In this document: positions 1-28,840 of the stretch, in pieces | How the letters are laid out: each line of letters begins with the position of its first letter | Numbering within the stretch: position 1 is the stretch's first letter | From: the human T2T-CHM13v2.0 reference genome, Homo sapiens | NCBI RefSeq assembly: GCF_009914755.1 | Contig: NC_060935.1 | DNA: 64,000 nt | Reading direction: 5' to 3' (one strand) | Notes under the pieces: generated by a model | Told to the model about the DNA's origin: nothing | What the model saw: the letters and a program-made list of their open reading frames with translations, nothing else | Database searches by the model: none | Program-made: the position numbers and the translations under genes

Positions 1-1335
1 TATTTTTTTCCTGCTTTGCCTGAAACTTCTGTGTGGAAACTGCCATTGTCCAGGTGATCCAGCAGTATATCATAATTACATCACACCATTTTAAATGACC
101 CCAGCAACTCAAATAACGTTCATGCAGCTGGGACCTCATCATGTATGGCCTATTTACAAAGTCTGAAGCTATTTCAATCACTCAGCTGTATAGCTATACA
201 TTTTCTTCAATCAACCTTTCCTGCCAAGGCAAAGTGCAACATTAGCTGGATTCCAGTAAAGAAGGCAAGGGACAGGGTGAGATAATATGTCAAAACAAGT
301 TCTATAAATACAGCTTTTGGCTTGTATCTCAAAAAGGAATCAAAAGAGCTTCAAGTTTAAACAGAAAAACCCTACAGTCCCTGCAGTATCTTACTTGAAG
401 GCTCTAGAGAACAGAAGACACCAGGGAACTGGAATCTTATTTCTCACACTGTAATATCTTGTCTCTCTCTCCCTTATCTCAGGGGCAGGTTTAGATGCAA
501 TTGCAAGCTTTATCATTCCAACTCTGCATCTCCCCTGCCTCTTTTCTTATCTTACCACCTCTACCCTACCAAACACATCAATTTCCTTCCTCTCTGTGAG
601 GCTGCTCCACCTCTTAGGCAGACAGGCCCAATACACACAACATACAACAGTCTTTCCTTAGCACTAGCCACCTAACTTCTATCATCTCCAAAATCCTTGA
701 CCAAGCAGCCAAGAACCCTGCCTTTACCATCTGCCCCAACCTCACCATCAAACACACGGGCACTCATGCGGGATGCTTCCATATGGTCTTGTTTCAGGAG
801 CTTTGCCCTGTTCTGTTGAAAAGCAGGAAACTTTATTTTCTTTCTGTTCTTAAATTCTTAATTCTATAAAACTAGAGAAACCAGAAACTACTTCTGTAGA
901 GACACTTCCTGAGACAGTTAGGTTATAGGCCAGAAAATGCAAATTTTGTACCTCTGCTTCAGCCAATCAGGGAACATGTTCAGCAAAGCTTGATTCACCC
1001 TAAAGGACGCACAGCCCTAAGACAAATTCTATTCTATTCTATTATCACTTTTTAAAAAAAGTTACTTTGGCTGGCCTGTAATCCCAGCATTTTGGGAGGC
1101 CGAGGCAGGTGGATCACTTGAGGTCAGAGTTCGAGACCAGCCTGGCCAACGGGGTGAAACCCCATCTCTACTACAAATACAAACAAATTAGCCCGGCGTG
1201 GAGGCAGGAACCTGTAATCCCAGTTACTTGGGAGGCTGGGGCAGAAGAATCACTTGAACAGGGAGGCACAGGTTGCAGTGAGCTGAGATCACACCACTGC
1301 ACTCCAGCCTGTGTGACAGAGCGAGACTCCATCTC

Positions 1336-1336
<1 letters not shown>

Positions 1337-1382
<46 letters not shown>
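1337..1382 (+). repeat. (AAAT)n microsatellite in an Alu tail
   Basis: Read directly. Confidence 0.95.
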
Positions 1383-1556
1383 GGTACTTCAATTATCATG
1401 CTTTCATCACTCTGCAATTGTGCTCCTAAAGGTGCTTCTCGCCGGGCGTGGTGGCTCACGCCTATAATCCCAGCACTTGCACTTTGGGAGGCCAAGGCGG
1501 GTGGATCACAAGGTCAGGAGATCGAGACCATCCTGGCTAACACGGTGAAACCCCTA

Positions 1557-1742
<186 letters not shown>

Positions 1743-2889
1743 TCACATTTAAATACCCACTTAAATCATCTGTCACATCCTTCAAATCACTCCTAAAAAA
1801 ACTCAACTGTTCCACAAAATTTAACTTGTCAGTGCTTTGATTTCATTTTTACAAAAACAAGCTCTTAAAAAAAAAAAGCCAGGAGATCTATCAATCAAAA
1901 AAGCAACTACATTTTTAGAAAACATCTACTATATACCCAGAACTAAAGAGGATACCAAAAAAAAAGGCACAATCCCTGTCCTTAAGGAGTTAATGGTCTT
2001 GTTCAGAAAATACGACTTGCACTAGAAACAAGAAACATGGGAGAGCATCTATCTAAGGGAAAATGTTACCATAAATGTGAAAGACTTAAAAAATCTCAGG
2101 AGAGCTGATTCTTATTTCCCTGTCTAAATCAAATTTTTGTGCTATTTCATCACACTGTCCATGATACAATACATTTTTTGCTACCCTCCACTGAATTACA
2201 TGGCCTACTAATAATTCCTTCATCATCATTTCTTTTGAACAGACTTCTCTGTGTTTTCCTGTCACTCTCACACAGATTATAAGTTTATGGATATGGCAAA
2301 ACTTGCTGGTTCTACCTTCCCATGCTCCCCTTGTAAGGGCATCTCCGGAAGATGTGTGGTGCAGGAACGAGGTAAAGAAGCAGGCCAGGCACTGTGGCTC
2401 ATGCCTGTAATCCCAGCACTTTGGGAAGCCGAGGTGGGCAGATCACTTGAGCTCAGGAGTTCAAGACCAGCCTGGGCAACATGGCAAAACCCTACCTCTA
2501 CCCAAAAAATACAAAAAAATTAACTGGGCATGGCGGCATGTGCCTGTGGTCCCAGCCACTCAGGAGGCTGAGGTGGGAGGATCACTTGACCCTGGGAGCA
2601 GAGGTTGTGGTGAGCCAAGATTGTGCCACTGCCCTCCAGCCTGGGTCAGTGAGAACCAATCTCTTCCTGCGCTCCCCCCCGACCCAAAAAAGGCTAAAAT
2701 TAATTCTGCTTTCAATATCTTCAGTAAATAGTCTGGTACTAGTGGAGATAAACTAGTAATTTTAGAGATGTTTCACAAACTTGTTACTTGGCTTGCTGTT
2801 CTTTACCACCAATAAATGAACTAGAGGGCCGGGCGTGGTGGCTCACGCCTGTAATCCCAGCACTCTGGGAGGCCAAGATGGGCGGATCA

Positions 2890-3218
<329 letters not shown>

Positions 3219-3312
3219 TTAGACTGATTCATAATTTAATAATCTCAAATAACAAAGTGTGCTAATAAAATAGACAAATATTTACTACAAACCCACAATG
3301 TACCCTATACCT

Positions 3313-3549
3313 AGACTCTAGAGTCATACCACTGCTTTCTAATCCCAGTTTTGCTGCTTACTAGCCAGGTAACTGGGGAAATTGTTTAACTTCTTCATAA
3401 ATACCTCTGTTTCTTCATGCACAAAATGGTTACACAAACAGTATCTACCTTACAGGATATTTGTTAGAATTAAATTTATACATGTAAAGCATTTAGAATA
3501 GTGCCTGACACATAGAAAGTGCTCAATAAACATTTGCTACTATTATTAT
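3313..3549 (+). mobile_element. MIR SINE
   Basis: Core-like CTCTGTTTCTTCATGCACAAAATGG and 3' end GTGCCTGACACATAGAAAGTGCTCAATAAA. Confidence 0.8.
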
Positions 3550-3738
3550 TCTGGGCACCAAGCTTGGTGTTTATGGTGGAAAAGAATGAGTCCCAAAAAA
3601 TTTCAGCCTGTTACATGATGATTCTATCTCTTCAAAATAAAGTACCTGATCTTAAGATGTACTGTACAACGCTCAATGGTTATGTTACTCAAAGACAACA
3701 GGTTCATCTGTTTACTGAGCTAGAAACATAGTGTGTAG

Positions 3739-3948
<210 letters not shown>

Positions 3949-4278
3949 TAGTAGACACGGGGTTTCTCCATGTTGGTCAGGCTGGTCTTGAACTCCCGAC
4001 CTCAGGTGATCTGCCTGCCTCGGCCTCCCAAAGTGCTAGGATTACAGGTGTGAGCCACCTTGCCCAGCTGAAATTTTTTTTATCATTAACACTTGAAGTA
4101 GGCCGGGCATGGTGGCTCAAGCCTGTAACCCCAGCACTTTGGGAGGCCAAGGCAGGTGGATCACCCGAGATCAGGAGTTGGAGACCAGCCTGGCCAACAT
4201 GGTGAAACCCCATCTCTACTAAAAATACAAAAATTAGCTGGGCATGGTGGTGGGCGTCTGAAGTCCCAGCTACTACTA

Positions 4279-4735
<457 letters not shown>

Positions 4736-7349
4736 TTAAAAAAAAAATTGGGTACCTGAGATTATTCCAAAATATTTCCTAGCAGGAGGGGGAAGTGAAT
4801 AGGTAAGAATTCTGGCAGCAATAGGCTGACAGATCTTGCACCTCCAACTGGGCCTGTTAGAGTCCAGTATATCTTCATTATGGATTACCAAACCACTTGT
4901 TCTGAGAACACTTATTTATGTATAAACATTTATTCATTCCTTCCATCAAACCAAAAAAAAAATTTCTTTCATGAAGCTTTCAAAATGGACACACTGGAAA
5001 AATATAAACTAATAAAATGAGACCAGGGAAGTTATAAATTTTAAAAAAGGCCAAGAACAAAAAGAAAGCTAGAATATAGGTGTGCTAATCAGAGTGTCAC
5101 TTACTGAGGCTGAGCTGTAAAATCAAAGAGCTGCCACTGATTTTAATCTCCAATGACAGGCTCTACATAGGGTGCACAATGATTCATAGTATAAATGGGA
5201 AAACATTAGGACAGTAAAATGAGAAGGGCACTAAGAATAGCCAAGAAAGAGAAGATGAAGCAGATATAATGCCACACTCAAAAGAATTTGGAAAGTCAGT
5301 AAATATACAGGATCCAGGAGAGGCTAAGCACCAGGTCCTAGACCCTAAACAAATAAGCATCCAAAACCTACAATGCACAAGGTGCAGAAGAGATCCCTAA
5401 GTGATTCAGAGCCAGAATACATCAGTGTATAGTCACACAGAACTCTGCATCCATACCACACAGCCACAGAAGAAGCTGCCTCAATCAAGGTGTTTCTCCA
5501 GCATTTAATAACGTCCTTTCCTCTCCTCATTGACTACAGTTACAAATAGTATGGGCAGAGAACTGTCTCATCCCCACTCAGCTGACAAGTTCTATTCCCA
5601 ACACTGCATGCTTATGACTCATGAGGGGATGGGGGAGGGGAGTGAAAGGAAACTGTAAAACAAAGCAACAAACTTGAATTTAGACTTACACTGACCAGGA
5701 GTAAGAATTCATCACTGTTTAATTAGAATATCTCATAACAAACCAAGAAAGTATCCTTTTAAAATACAGTAACAAACCCAGTATCTTCTGAAAATAACCT
5801 GAAATTTGTCTACATGTCATGTCTTCTGCTATTCCTTAAACAGACATGACACCAAAAGGCATTACAAGGCCTCTGTAAGGCCAAACTTTACAAAGCACTC
5901 AAACAGCGCAAACAGCATAGGTTGCTGTGGGGCCCAAAGCAACAGGGCATTCCCCACAGTTCCTTTCCTGGCAGACAGCGAAGTCAACACACTTAACCCC
6001 TACTGCACTCTTTCAAGATGTGCACTAAATCATTTCTTAAAGGGGTGGAGGTGCCTCATCTTTTTATACTCAAATTTTATGTCAAAAAATTTGAGTGCCA
6101 GGAAAGGAATTCAATACCACCCCAAGAGCTGATCTTTGTGACCTGTAACAAAACAAAGAGGAAAAAAAAAACACTACCACTTCAACAAGGTATGTTTCTA
6201 AGGGAACCCAAAGACCATTTCTGACATCACATTTCCCTGTTTGGTACCCTCTCGCCAAGACGGTATTTTGTTAAATACAAATCTTGTCTCCTCACCCCAT
6301 CCCTAACAACCTGAAGCATTCTCTACAATTTACAATTGACAAACCTGAACACAGCAAAACAACAAAGACAAACGAGTCACCTCTTTCACTTGAAAACCTC
6401 AGTCCTCCACAGAGACGCACACAGACAGACAGATGGATGCACGTAAGAACACAAACTGTGTGCCCTGGCTGAGTCCTGAGCAGGTCTGAGCCGGTGCGGG
6501 TGCCAAAGGGTGGCCACACGGCCTAGCTAGTGGGCTGCTCCTGCTGTTGCTGTACAAATATAGCAAGCTAAAAAGTGGAACAGCAGCTTCAGCAGAACAG
6601 ATTCTGCTCCGTGCTCAGAGAGGGAGGAGCAGGGAACTGAACAGCTTTACCCATACATGGTTGCTGAAAGGGGGCCATTAGTGAAAGCCCAATTATCTCA
6701 CACACATGCATTCTGTTCACATGCTCCAGACAAAAAACAGAAACACACAGGCTGGTACTTGAAATAAGGTTTGAGATATTCTATTTCAGTCAAGGAACTT
6801 CCAAATAATTTCAGTCACTGACACCAAGAATCCCTCAGCCACGGGAAATGGAAAAGACATTTGAAAACCTTTACTAGGTCAGATTCTTCCCAGATCAGCA
6901 GTAGTGGTGAGGCTCAATTTATCATTTAAATCCTAAAATTTAACATGCAAAAAAAGGTTATTCTCCATTCGAGTGAACAATGTTAACTTTCACTAGTTCC
7001 TTGCTGCTTTCAGAATGAAGGTCTCATTCCAACTGTGTATGTTTTGAGCTCTTTTTTATTTTATGGTTGATACAAGTTAAAATAAACTCTAATATAATTT
7101 TTAAAATCTATGTCTGAGGATGATGGCTTATATAACCAGAAGCCAAATATTTGTGTTCCAAAAATTATTTTACTTAGAACAATTCATTTAGATTCACTTC
7201 AATGTGAAGTATGTGAAAAGCTTAATTGCTGACCAGAGTGAATTTTCCAACAATAAGAAATGCATGGCTGATTGGCTCAAATGATTCTATTCTTCAGCCC
7301 TTACTGAAGTACTTAGTGCATACCACCTATGTAATTTTATTCCCCCCTT

Positions 7350-20540
<13,191 letters not shown>

Positions 20541-23245
20541 TCAAAACTAGCTTGTCTCTTTTTAATTCCTGCTCATTAGTATTACAGGGAATGTTTACAT
20601 TTCTCTGGAATAAAGTCTTTCAACCTAACAAACCAAAATATCACAGGAAAAAAACAAAATCACGTTAGAAGCGCTAAACTGTCTTTCTCAGAGCTTCCCC
20701 CTCTCCCTTATTAACATTTCTCAAAGAGAAAAACACCACTGTGATGCTCCTCTCACAGATCATTCATGAAGTTACTGAGCTGGGACCAGAGAGACTCCAT
20801 CAACTGGGCACACAGCCATTCACCATTACCCTTTGTTTAAAGTCTCAACAGCCATTCAACCCACATTATTGTGTTCCACTCAAGCCCATCAACATTTTTT
20901 TAAGAGGAAACAATCAGGAAACTAAAACAAACGCCACTTAACTAGAAATGAAGAAAAGACTGAATCCATATGCCTCACAAACAAAAATTCTCTAAAACTG
21001 ATGGCTCACTTTAAGTTTCCTATCTGAAATAGCAGTATTATTTTTAACAGGCTCATATTCCTAAAAAAATTAAAAACAAATAATTATAAAAAACTTGTTA
21101 AAAAAATAAACTCATAATCTTGATCTGGCAAAGCATTCTAAACACCAAATGCAAATATATATACTGAAGGAGTCAAGACCTCCAGCGGCCTTTTGCCTGG
21201 GGCTAAGGAGGGTATGGGGGAAAAAGCACTCTTCCCAACAGCTGGGTGTGGTGGCTCAAGCCTGTAATCCCGGCACTTTGGGAGGCCGATGCGGACAGAA
21301 CACCTGAGGTCGGGAGTTCGAGACCAGTCACGGCTAACATGGTGAAACCCTGTTTCTACTAAAAATACAAAAAATCAGCCAGGCATGAATGGTGGCACAC
21401 ACCTGTAATCCCAGCTACTCTTCCAAAGAGCCATGATCCCTGACAAGATGATTCTAAATTTCAAATTTTACAAGTGCTGTGCAGAGCTCTGTACTAAGTC
21501 TAACTCAAAGTTATTTCGGCTGAAAATAACAGAAAGCTTACATAAAAACTAGAGTTAACTGAAAGGGTACTAGACCACTCCAAGAACTCCAAACAGGCCC
21601 ACACCTGGAAAGTCTTTAGGCATCCAGATTTTTGCTCTGCATGTGGATGGCTGCCCTCTCTCCAGAGCTGCATTTCTCATCTATGCTTCTTTCCAGATGA
21701 AATCTACTTACTTCTCCCTCCCTACGGAATGACCTTCACTGCTTCCACCTGTACGAGCCTGAACTTGGCTGCATACCAGCATCTGATTTTATGTCCTGAG
21801 TTCTCTGAATGTAGGTGACTATTTGTATCTTAAAGACTTGAATCTCAGTTCTAATCTCAAATTCCTAGGACAAAGTGATTTGCCCAGCTTGGGCCAGGTG
21901 TCCACCTCTGGTGCAATAAGATATTACAAGAGGGGCTAAATCACAAGGTATAATTAGAGTAGGGACTATATGCCTGAACCACTCCCCTAAAGTATATGCA
22001 ATACACTAAGCAGTAAGGCAGTTTCCATCCTCAAAAAGCTTAAAATCTTGCTGAAATAATAAAATACTAAATCAGGTACAGGAATGAATGGACAGGAAAA
22101 GCCTCATGAAAAAGATTAGCTGTGCACTAAATGACAAATACTGAATCATGAGCAGGGAGGGGCTGAAGAGCATTCCTAAACACGAAATGTGATGTCTGCT
22201 CCTCTTGCTCTAGCCATCTAGGAAATACAGACCTAAGGGATAAATAATCTTTTACCACATAAACAGCTTCCAGTAAAATATCCTTGTTGAAAGCCTGCTA
22301 TAAAATGACTTTGAACACAAAGCAGTGCTGCTTCATCATGCAGTAATCACCCACTAGCTGACAAATGTCAAACAGTTATGCATTTTCAAGCTGTCATCAC
22401 CACCCTGACTTCCTTTCACTCCTCGGCCCCCACGAGACTCTTGCTCAGAGAGCACTCAAAATCAGGCAAGCAGGCTGGGCGCGGTGGCTCACGCCTGTAA
22501 TCCCAGCACTTTGGGGAGGCCGAGGTGGGTGGATCACGAGGTCAGGAGTTCAAGACCACCCTGGCCAAGATGGTGAAACCCCGTCTCTACTAAAAATACA
22601 AAAATTACCCGGGCATGGTGGTGGGCACCTGTAATCACAGCTACTTGGGAGGCTGAGGCAGGGAGAATGGCTTGAAACCAGGAGGTGGAGGCTGCAGTGA
22701 GCCGAGATCGCGCCACTGGACTCCAGCCTGGGCGACAGAGAGAGACTCCATCTCAAACAACAACAACAACAACAACAACAAAACAAAAAACAGGCAAGCA
22801 GCCAGTAAATGGCACAGGTGTTTCTCACTGAGAATATCCCACCCGATCTAGCATGGTAAGTTAGCAGCAGCAACACCCAGACAGAATTCATCCAGGAAAG
22901 AAACACTAGCTGAGCTATGTGACTGCAGTGTGAGGGAAAGCGGCTGGAGCTGAAAAGTAGAATGTTTCCCATACACAAAAGCTAGAAGTACAAAGCAACT
23001 GGAAAAAGCGTACAGCAAATTATCTGTACAAAACAGAAATTAACAAAAACTTAACAGATGTCCAAATAATACTGGGTTAAAAAAGACAATCTACTCACAG
23101 TAGACTATTAGTCACCTCACATTATCACCAATATCATACATATTCACACAGTCTGCAAGAGCTTACCTCAATCTCACAGGAAACAAAAAGGTAAAAGAAC
23201 AAGGAGAAAGTGGTGACAGTTTCTAACTTAATGATTATTTTGCTA

Positions 23246-23401
<156 letters not shown>

Positions 23402-23576
23402 TTAAAACACAAAATTAGCTGGGTGTGGTGGCGCATGCCTATAATCCCAGCAACTTGGGAGGCTGAGGCAGGAGAATCGCTTGAACCCAGGAGGCAGAGG
23501 TTGCAGCGAGCCAAGATCTCACCACTGTACTCCAGAGCCTGGTGACAGGGCGAGACTGTCTCAAAAAAAAAAAAAA

Positions 23577-23577
23577 A

Positions 23578-23652
<75 letters not shown>
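23577..23652 (+). repeat. (AAAG)n microsatellite, about 18-19 units
   Basis: Read directly. Confidence 0.95.
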
Positions 23653-23654
<2 letters not shown>

Positions 23655-24439
23655 GGAAACTACTGACCCTTCGAAATTAAAAGTATAACAGTACAAAATT
23701 ACACAGCCCAGGAATCAAAAAACTTCATTTTGCATAATCCCCAAACTAAAGACATTCCCCCCCAAAACACAGTTTTAATGGAGTTATAACTTAGAAAGAA
23801 AGTAAAATTATTCAACTCCATTTTGTCAAAGCTGAATGTAGCTATAAAAAGAAGACCTGGAGGTCATAAAGTTAGTGGAGAGTTCTTTCTAAAGCCGTAC
23901 TGGGCTGGGCGCGGTGGCGTGCGTCTGTAATTTCAGCACTTCGGGAGGCCGAGGCAGGTGGATCACCTGAGGTCAGGAGTTCGAGACCAGCCTAGCCAAC
24001 ATGGTGAAACCCCATCTCTACTAAAAATACAAAAATTAGCCAGGCATGCTGGCAGGTGCCTATAATCCCAGCTACTCGAGGTTGAGGCAGAAGAATCGCT
24101 TCAACCCGGGAGGCGAAGGCTGCAGTGAGCTGAGATCGCACCACTGCACTCCACCCTGGGCAACAAGAGTGAAACTCTGTCTCAAATAAATAAAGCCGTA
24201 TCTGCACCCATGAACATATCTAAAAGTGGCACATCAAATTTGATTAAGTGAGATCCATTAGGTATCAATGCAATCACTAAAAAAACCTCATCATTCTTGA
24301 TACTTTCTCCATTTTTTTTTTTTTTTTTTTTTGAGACAGGGTCTCCCTGTTGCCCAGGCTGGAGTGTAGTGGCGTGATCTCAGTTCACTGCAACCTTCAC
24401 CTCCTGGGTTCAAGCCATTCTTGTGCCTCAGCCACTTGA

Positions 24440-24649
<210 letters not shown>

Positions 24650-24926
24650 TAGAAAATATCAACAGGGCTGGGTGCGGCAGCTCACACCTGTAATCCCAAC
24701 ACTTTGGGAGGCCAAGGCAGGAGGATCACTTGAGGACAGGTGTTCAAGACTAGGAGAGATCCCGTCTCTACAAATACTACAAAAATTAGCCAGGTGTAGC
24801 AGTGTGCACCTGTAGTCCCAGCTACTCGGAAAGCTGAGGCTGGAGGATCACTTGAGCCCAAGAGTTCCAGGCTATAATTGCACCACTGCACTCAAGTCTG
24901 GGCAACAAAGAGAGATCCTGTCTCTA

Positions 24927-25130
<204 letters not shown>

Positions 25131-26615
25131 TCACTTGAGGCCTGGGAGGTTGAGGCTACAGTGAGCCACGATAACGCCACTGCACTCCAGCCTGAGTGAC
25201 ACAATGAGACCTTGTCTCGGAAAACAACAGCCCAAAAAAGCCCCAAACTTTACAAATCTGGAACTTAATGAAGTGTAAAATAAACAAATATGTACTCATG
25301 GCCTCCACAGCACAGCAGAGGTTAAAAAATAACTATAGAATTCTATAAAGAAACCTCTACTTTAAGAAGATTCTAAGCCAATTCTATGACAAGACCAAAG
25401 TTATTTTACAAAGGTCTCATCAAGGAAACTGTCTTCAAGGCAGTCATGATGTTGCCCTCCTGTAATCAATCCCAACTACTCAGGAGGCTGAGACAGGAGG
25501 ACTGCTTGAGCTCAAGAGTTTGCACCAGTTTGGGCTACATAGCGGACCCGTGGACCCCTGTCCCCACCCCGTCTCTAAAAAAAAAGAAAGCTGTTTTCGG
25601 CAAATAAGGACTCTTGATACAATATAGTTTACAAAGCAAATAGCTAAAACTGATTAAGTCTTAAATCTGCATTACAACTCTAAATATTAGAGCCCTCCTC
25701 CCCGCCTCAACTTGTCACTTGAAACTACGAAGAGACCCAAGTGTCCCCTATTACAAATCCAAAATATTCATTTATAATTTTCAGTTTTCTTTGAACACAG
25801 AAGCCTCCTAACAGTAGACTCTCAAAGTAGAAATAGTGAATATGAAATCTAGGAAACCATATTACCCAAGTATTCCACAAGGAACAACGTCCTGTTTAGC
25901 ACAGCATTTCAGACACACAAATCTTATCCCTTAAGCCACAACAGACACAAGAAAATGCAAAACAAAATGCACTCATAAAAGGGAACAAAAGGAACACTGA
26001 CATAGTAGCTACTGCTCATCTATGTATGGCACTCCTAGGCAGTTCACCTGTGTTATTTATTTCATTTGGCTGAAATGCATTACTGACCCAAGAGACTAGT
26101 GGTATGCCCATTTTACACATGGAAAAAGAAACAGCATTATCAATACTGTATCAGGCACTGTTCAGTGCCTAGCATAAGTTACCTCAATTAATCCTCACAT
26201 TACTATTCTGAGTTGGTATCTCCACTTTAAAGACAGGAAAACAGGGCCAGAAATGTTAACTGGTGGTACCCCAAATCCACTGTCCCAAGCTGTCACAGCT
26301 ATCCTTACCAGGCTGTGTTTATAAAGCCCATTCAAGTCACATCATTCTTTCAAACCATTTCAAGGATTCCACAATCAAAAAATCAACTCTCAATTACAGA
26401 AAGACTTAATTCTCCAGATTTTCATCAAAATTTTCTTATTTCTATTTTATTTGCCTTTTGACCATTTCAGTGTACTGTAATTCTAGTATACGTGTTCTGG
26501 TAACTATAGGATTATATTAATAGCAATCAACTTTGGGAGGCTGAGGCGGGCAGTTCACCTGAGGTCAGGAGTTTGAGACCAGCCTGACCAACATGGAGAA
26601 ACCCCATCTCTACTA

Positions 26616-26768
<153 letters not shown>

Positions 26769-27498
26769 TCACTCTCAAAAAAATAAAAATAAAAAAATCA
26801 AGAATCAAAGAATAGGCCAGACATGGTGGCTCATGCCTGTAATCACAACACTTTGGGAGGCCCAGACAGGCGGATAACTTGAGATCAGGAGTTCAAGATC
26901 AGCCTGGCCAAGCCTGGCCAACATGGCGAAACCCCATCTCTAATAAAAATACAAAAATTAAGACCGGGTGGAGTGGTTCATGCCTGTAATCCCAGCACTT
27001 TGGGAAGCCGAGGTGGGCGGATCACCTGAGGTCGGGAATTCGAGACCAGCCTGACCAACATGAAGAAACCCCATCTCTACTAAAAATACAAAAATTAGCC
27101 GGGCATGGTGGCGGGCACCTATAATCCCAGCTGCTTGAGAGGCTGAGGCACGAGAATTGCTTGAACCCCTCCCAGCAGAGGTTGCAGTGAGCCGAGATTG
27201 AACCACTGTACGCTAGCCTGGGCGACAGAGCGGGACTCTGTCTCAAAAGAACAAATAAATACTGACCTTCATTCAGAACCATAAAGTCTCCAATACTCAT
27301 TATTAAGAGGTTAATAACAAGAGTTATTAAGAGGTTATTAAGAGGTTAATAAGGAACATATTGTTAATAACAAGGAGCATTAAGAGGTTAATAACAAGGA
27401 GTGAATCTGAAGTCTTACAGCATAAAGTTTGCCTAGCTGCCAGAGACCTTATTTCTATTTCTTCTTTTTTTAGTAGAAAAGTTTTACAAAATTTGTAG

Positions 27499-27924
<426 letters not shown>

Positions 27925-28663
27925 TAGCCAGGATGGTCTCGATCTCCTGACCTTGTGATCTGCCTGCCTCGGCCTCCCTACATCTTTTTAAGGGAGAAAA
28001 ATAGGAGAAAGGCCTTTCATGCAATTGACAGATACTCTCAGTATCTTTTTTTTTTTTTTTTGGGCGGGGGCCGGGGGCGGGGGCGGGGGAGGGAATGGAG
28101 TTTTGCTCTTGTAGCCCAGGCTGGAGTGCAGTGGCTTGATCTTGGCTCACTGCAACCTCTGTCTCCCTAGTTCAAGCGATTCTCCTGCCTCAGCCTCCTA
28201 AGTAGCTGGGATTACAGGCATGCGCCACCACACCTGGCTAATTGTGTATTTTTGGCAGAGACGGGGTTTCTCAGATGATCCGCCCACCCTGGCCTCCCAA
28301 AGTGCTGGGATTACAGGTATGAGCCACCACGCCGGGCCAACTTTCTTCACACTAGAACAAACTGAGAGACCTATGAGTATCTTTGAAATGTTCATACCTG
28401 AAAGTATTATTCTAACTAGGCCATTAATGACAGATTTACAAATTTATCTGTGCACAACATAAGATACCTAGAAATTGGTCCACCTAAGAAAGCCATTCAT
28501 ATATTATAGGTATAAAGCAAAGGCAGGAACTTGTCAATTCTTATCCTCTTCATGTGATACTTTTTCAGCACACATTTTTTGAAAACGCTGTGCCAGGCAC
28601 AGTGGCTCACACCTGTAATTGCAGAACTTTGGGAGGCTGAGGTGGGTGAATCACCTGAGGTCA

Positions 28664-28840
<177 letters not shown>

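Noticed and set aside
755-820. Short stretch (GGGCACTCATGCGGGATGCTTCCATATGG...GCTTTGCCCTGTTCTGTTGAA) that looked like a fragment of a multicopy or processed sequence
   Set aside because: I cannot identify its source and see no TSD or poly(A). It needs a BLAT search.
27299-27404. CRISPR-like repeat/spacer appearance
   Set aside because: The context is eukaryotic and the units are irregular and overlapping with no unique spacers. Templated duplication explains it better.
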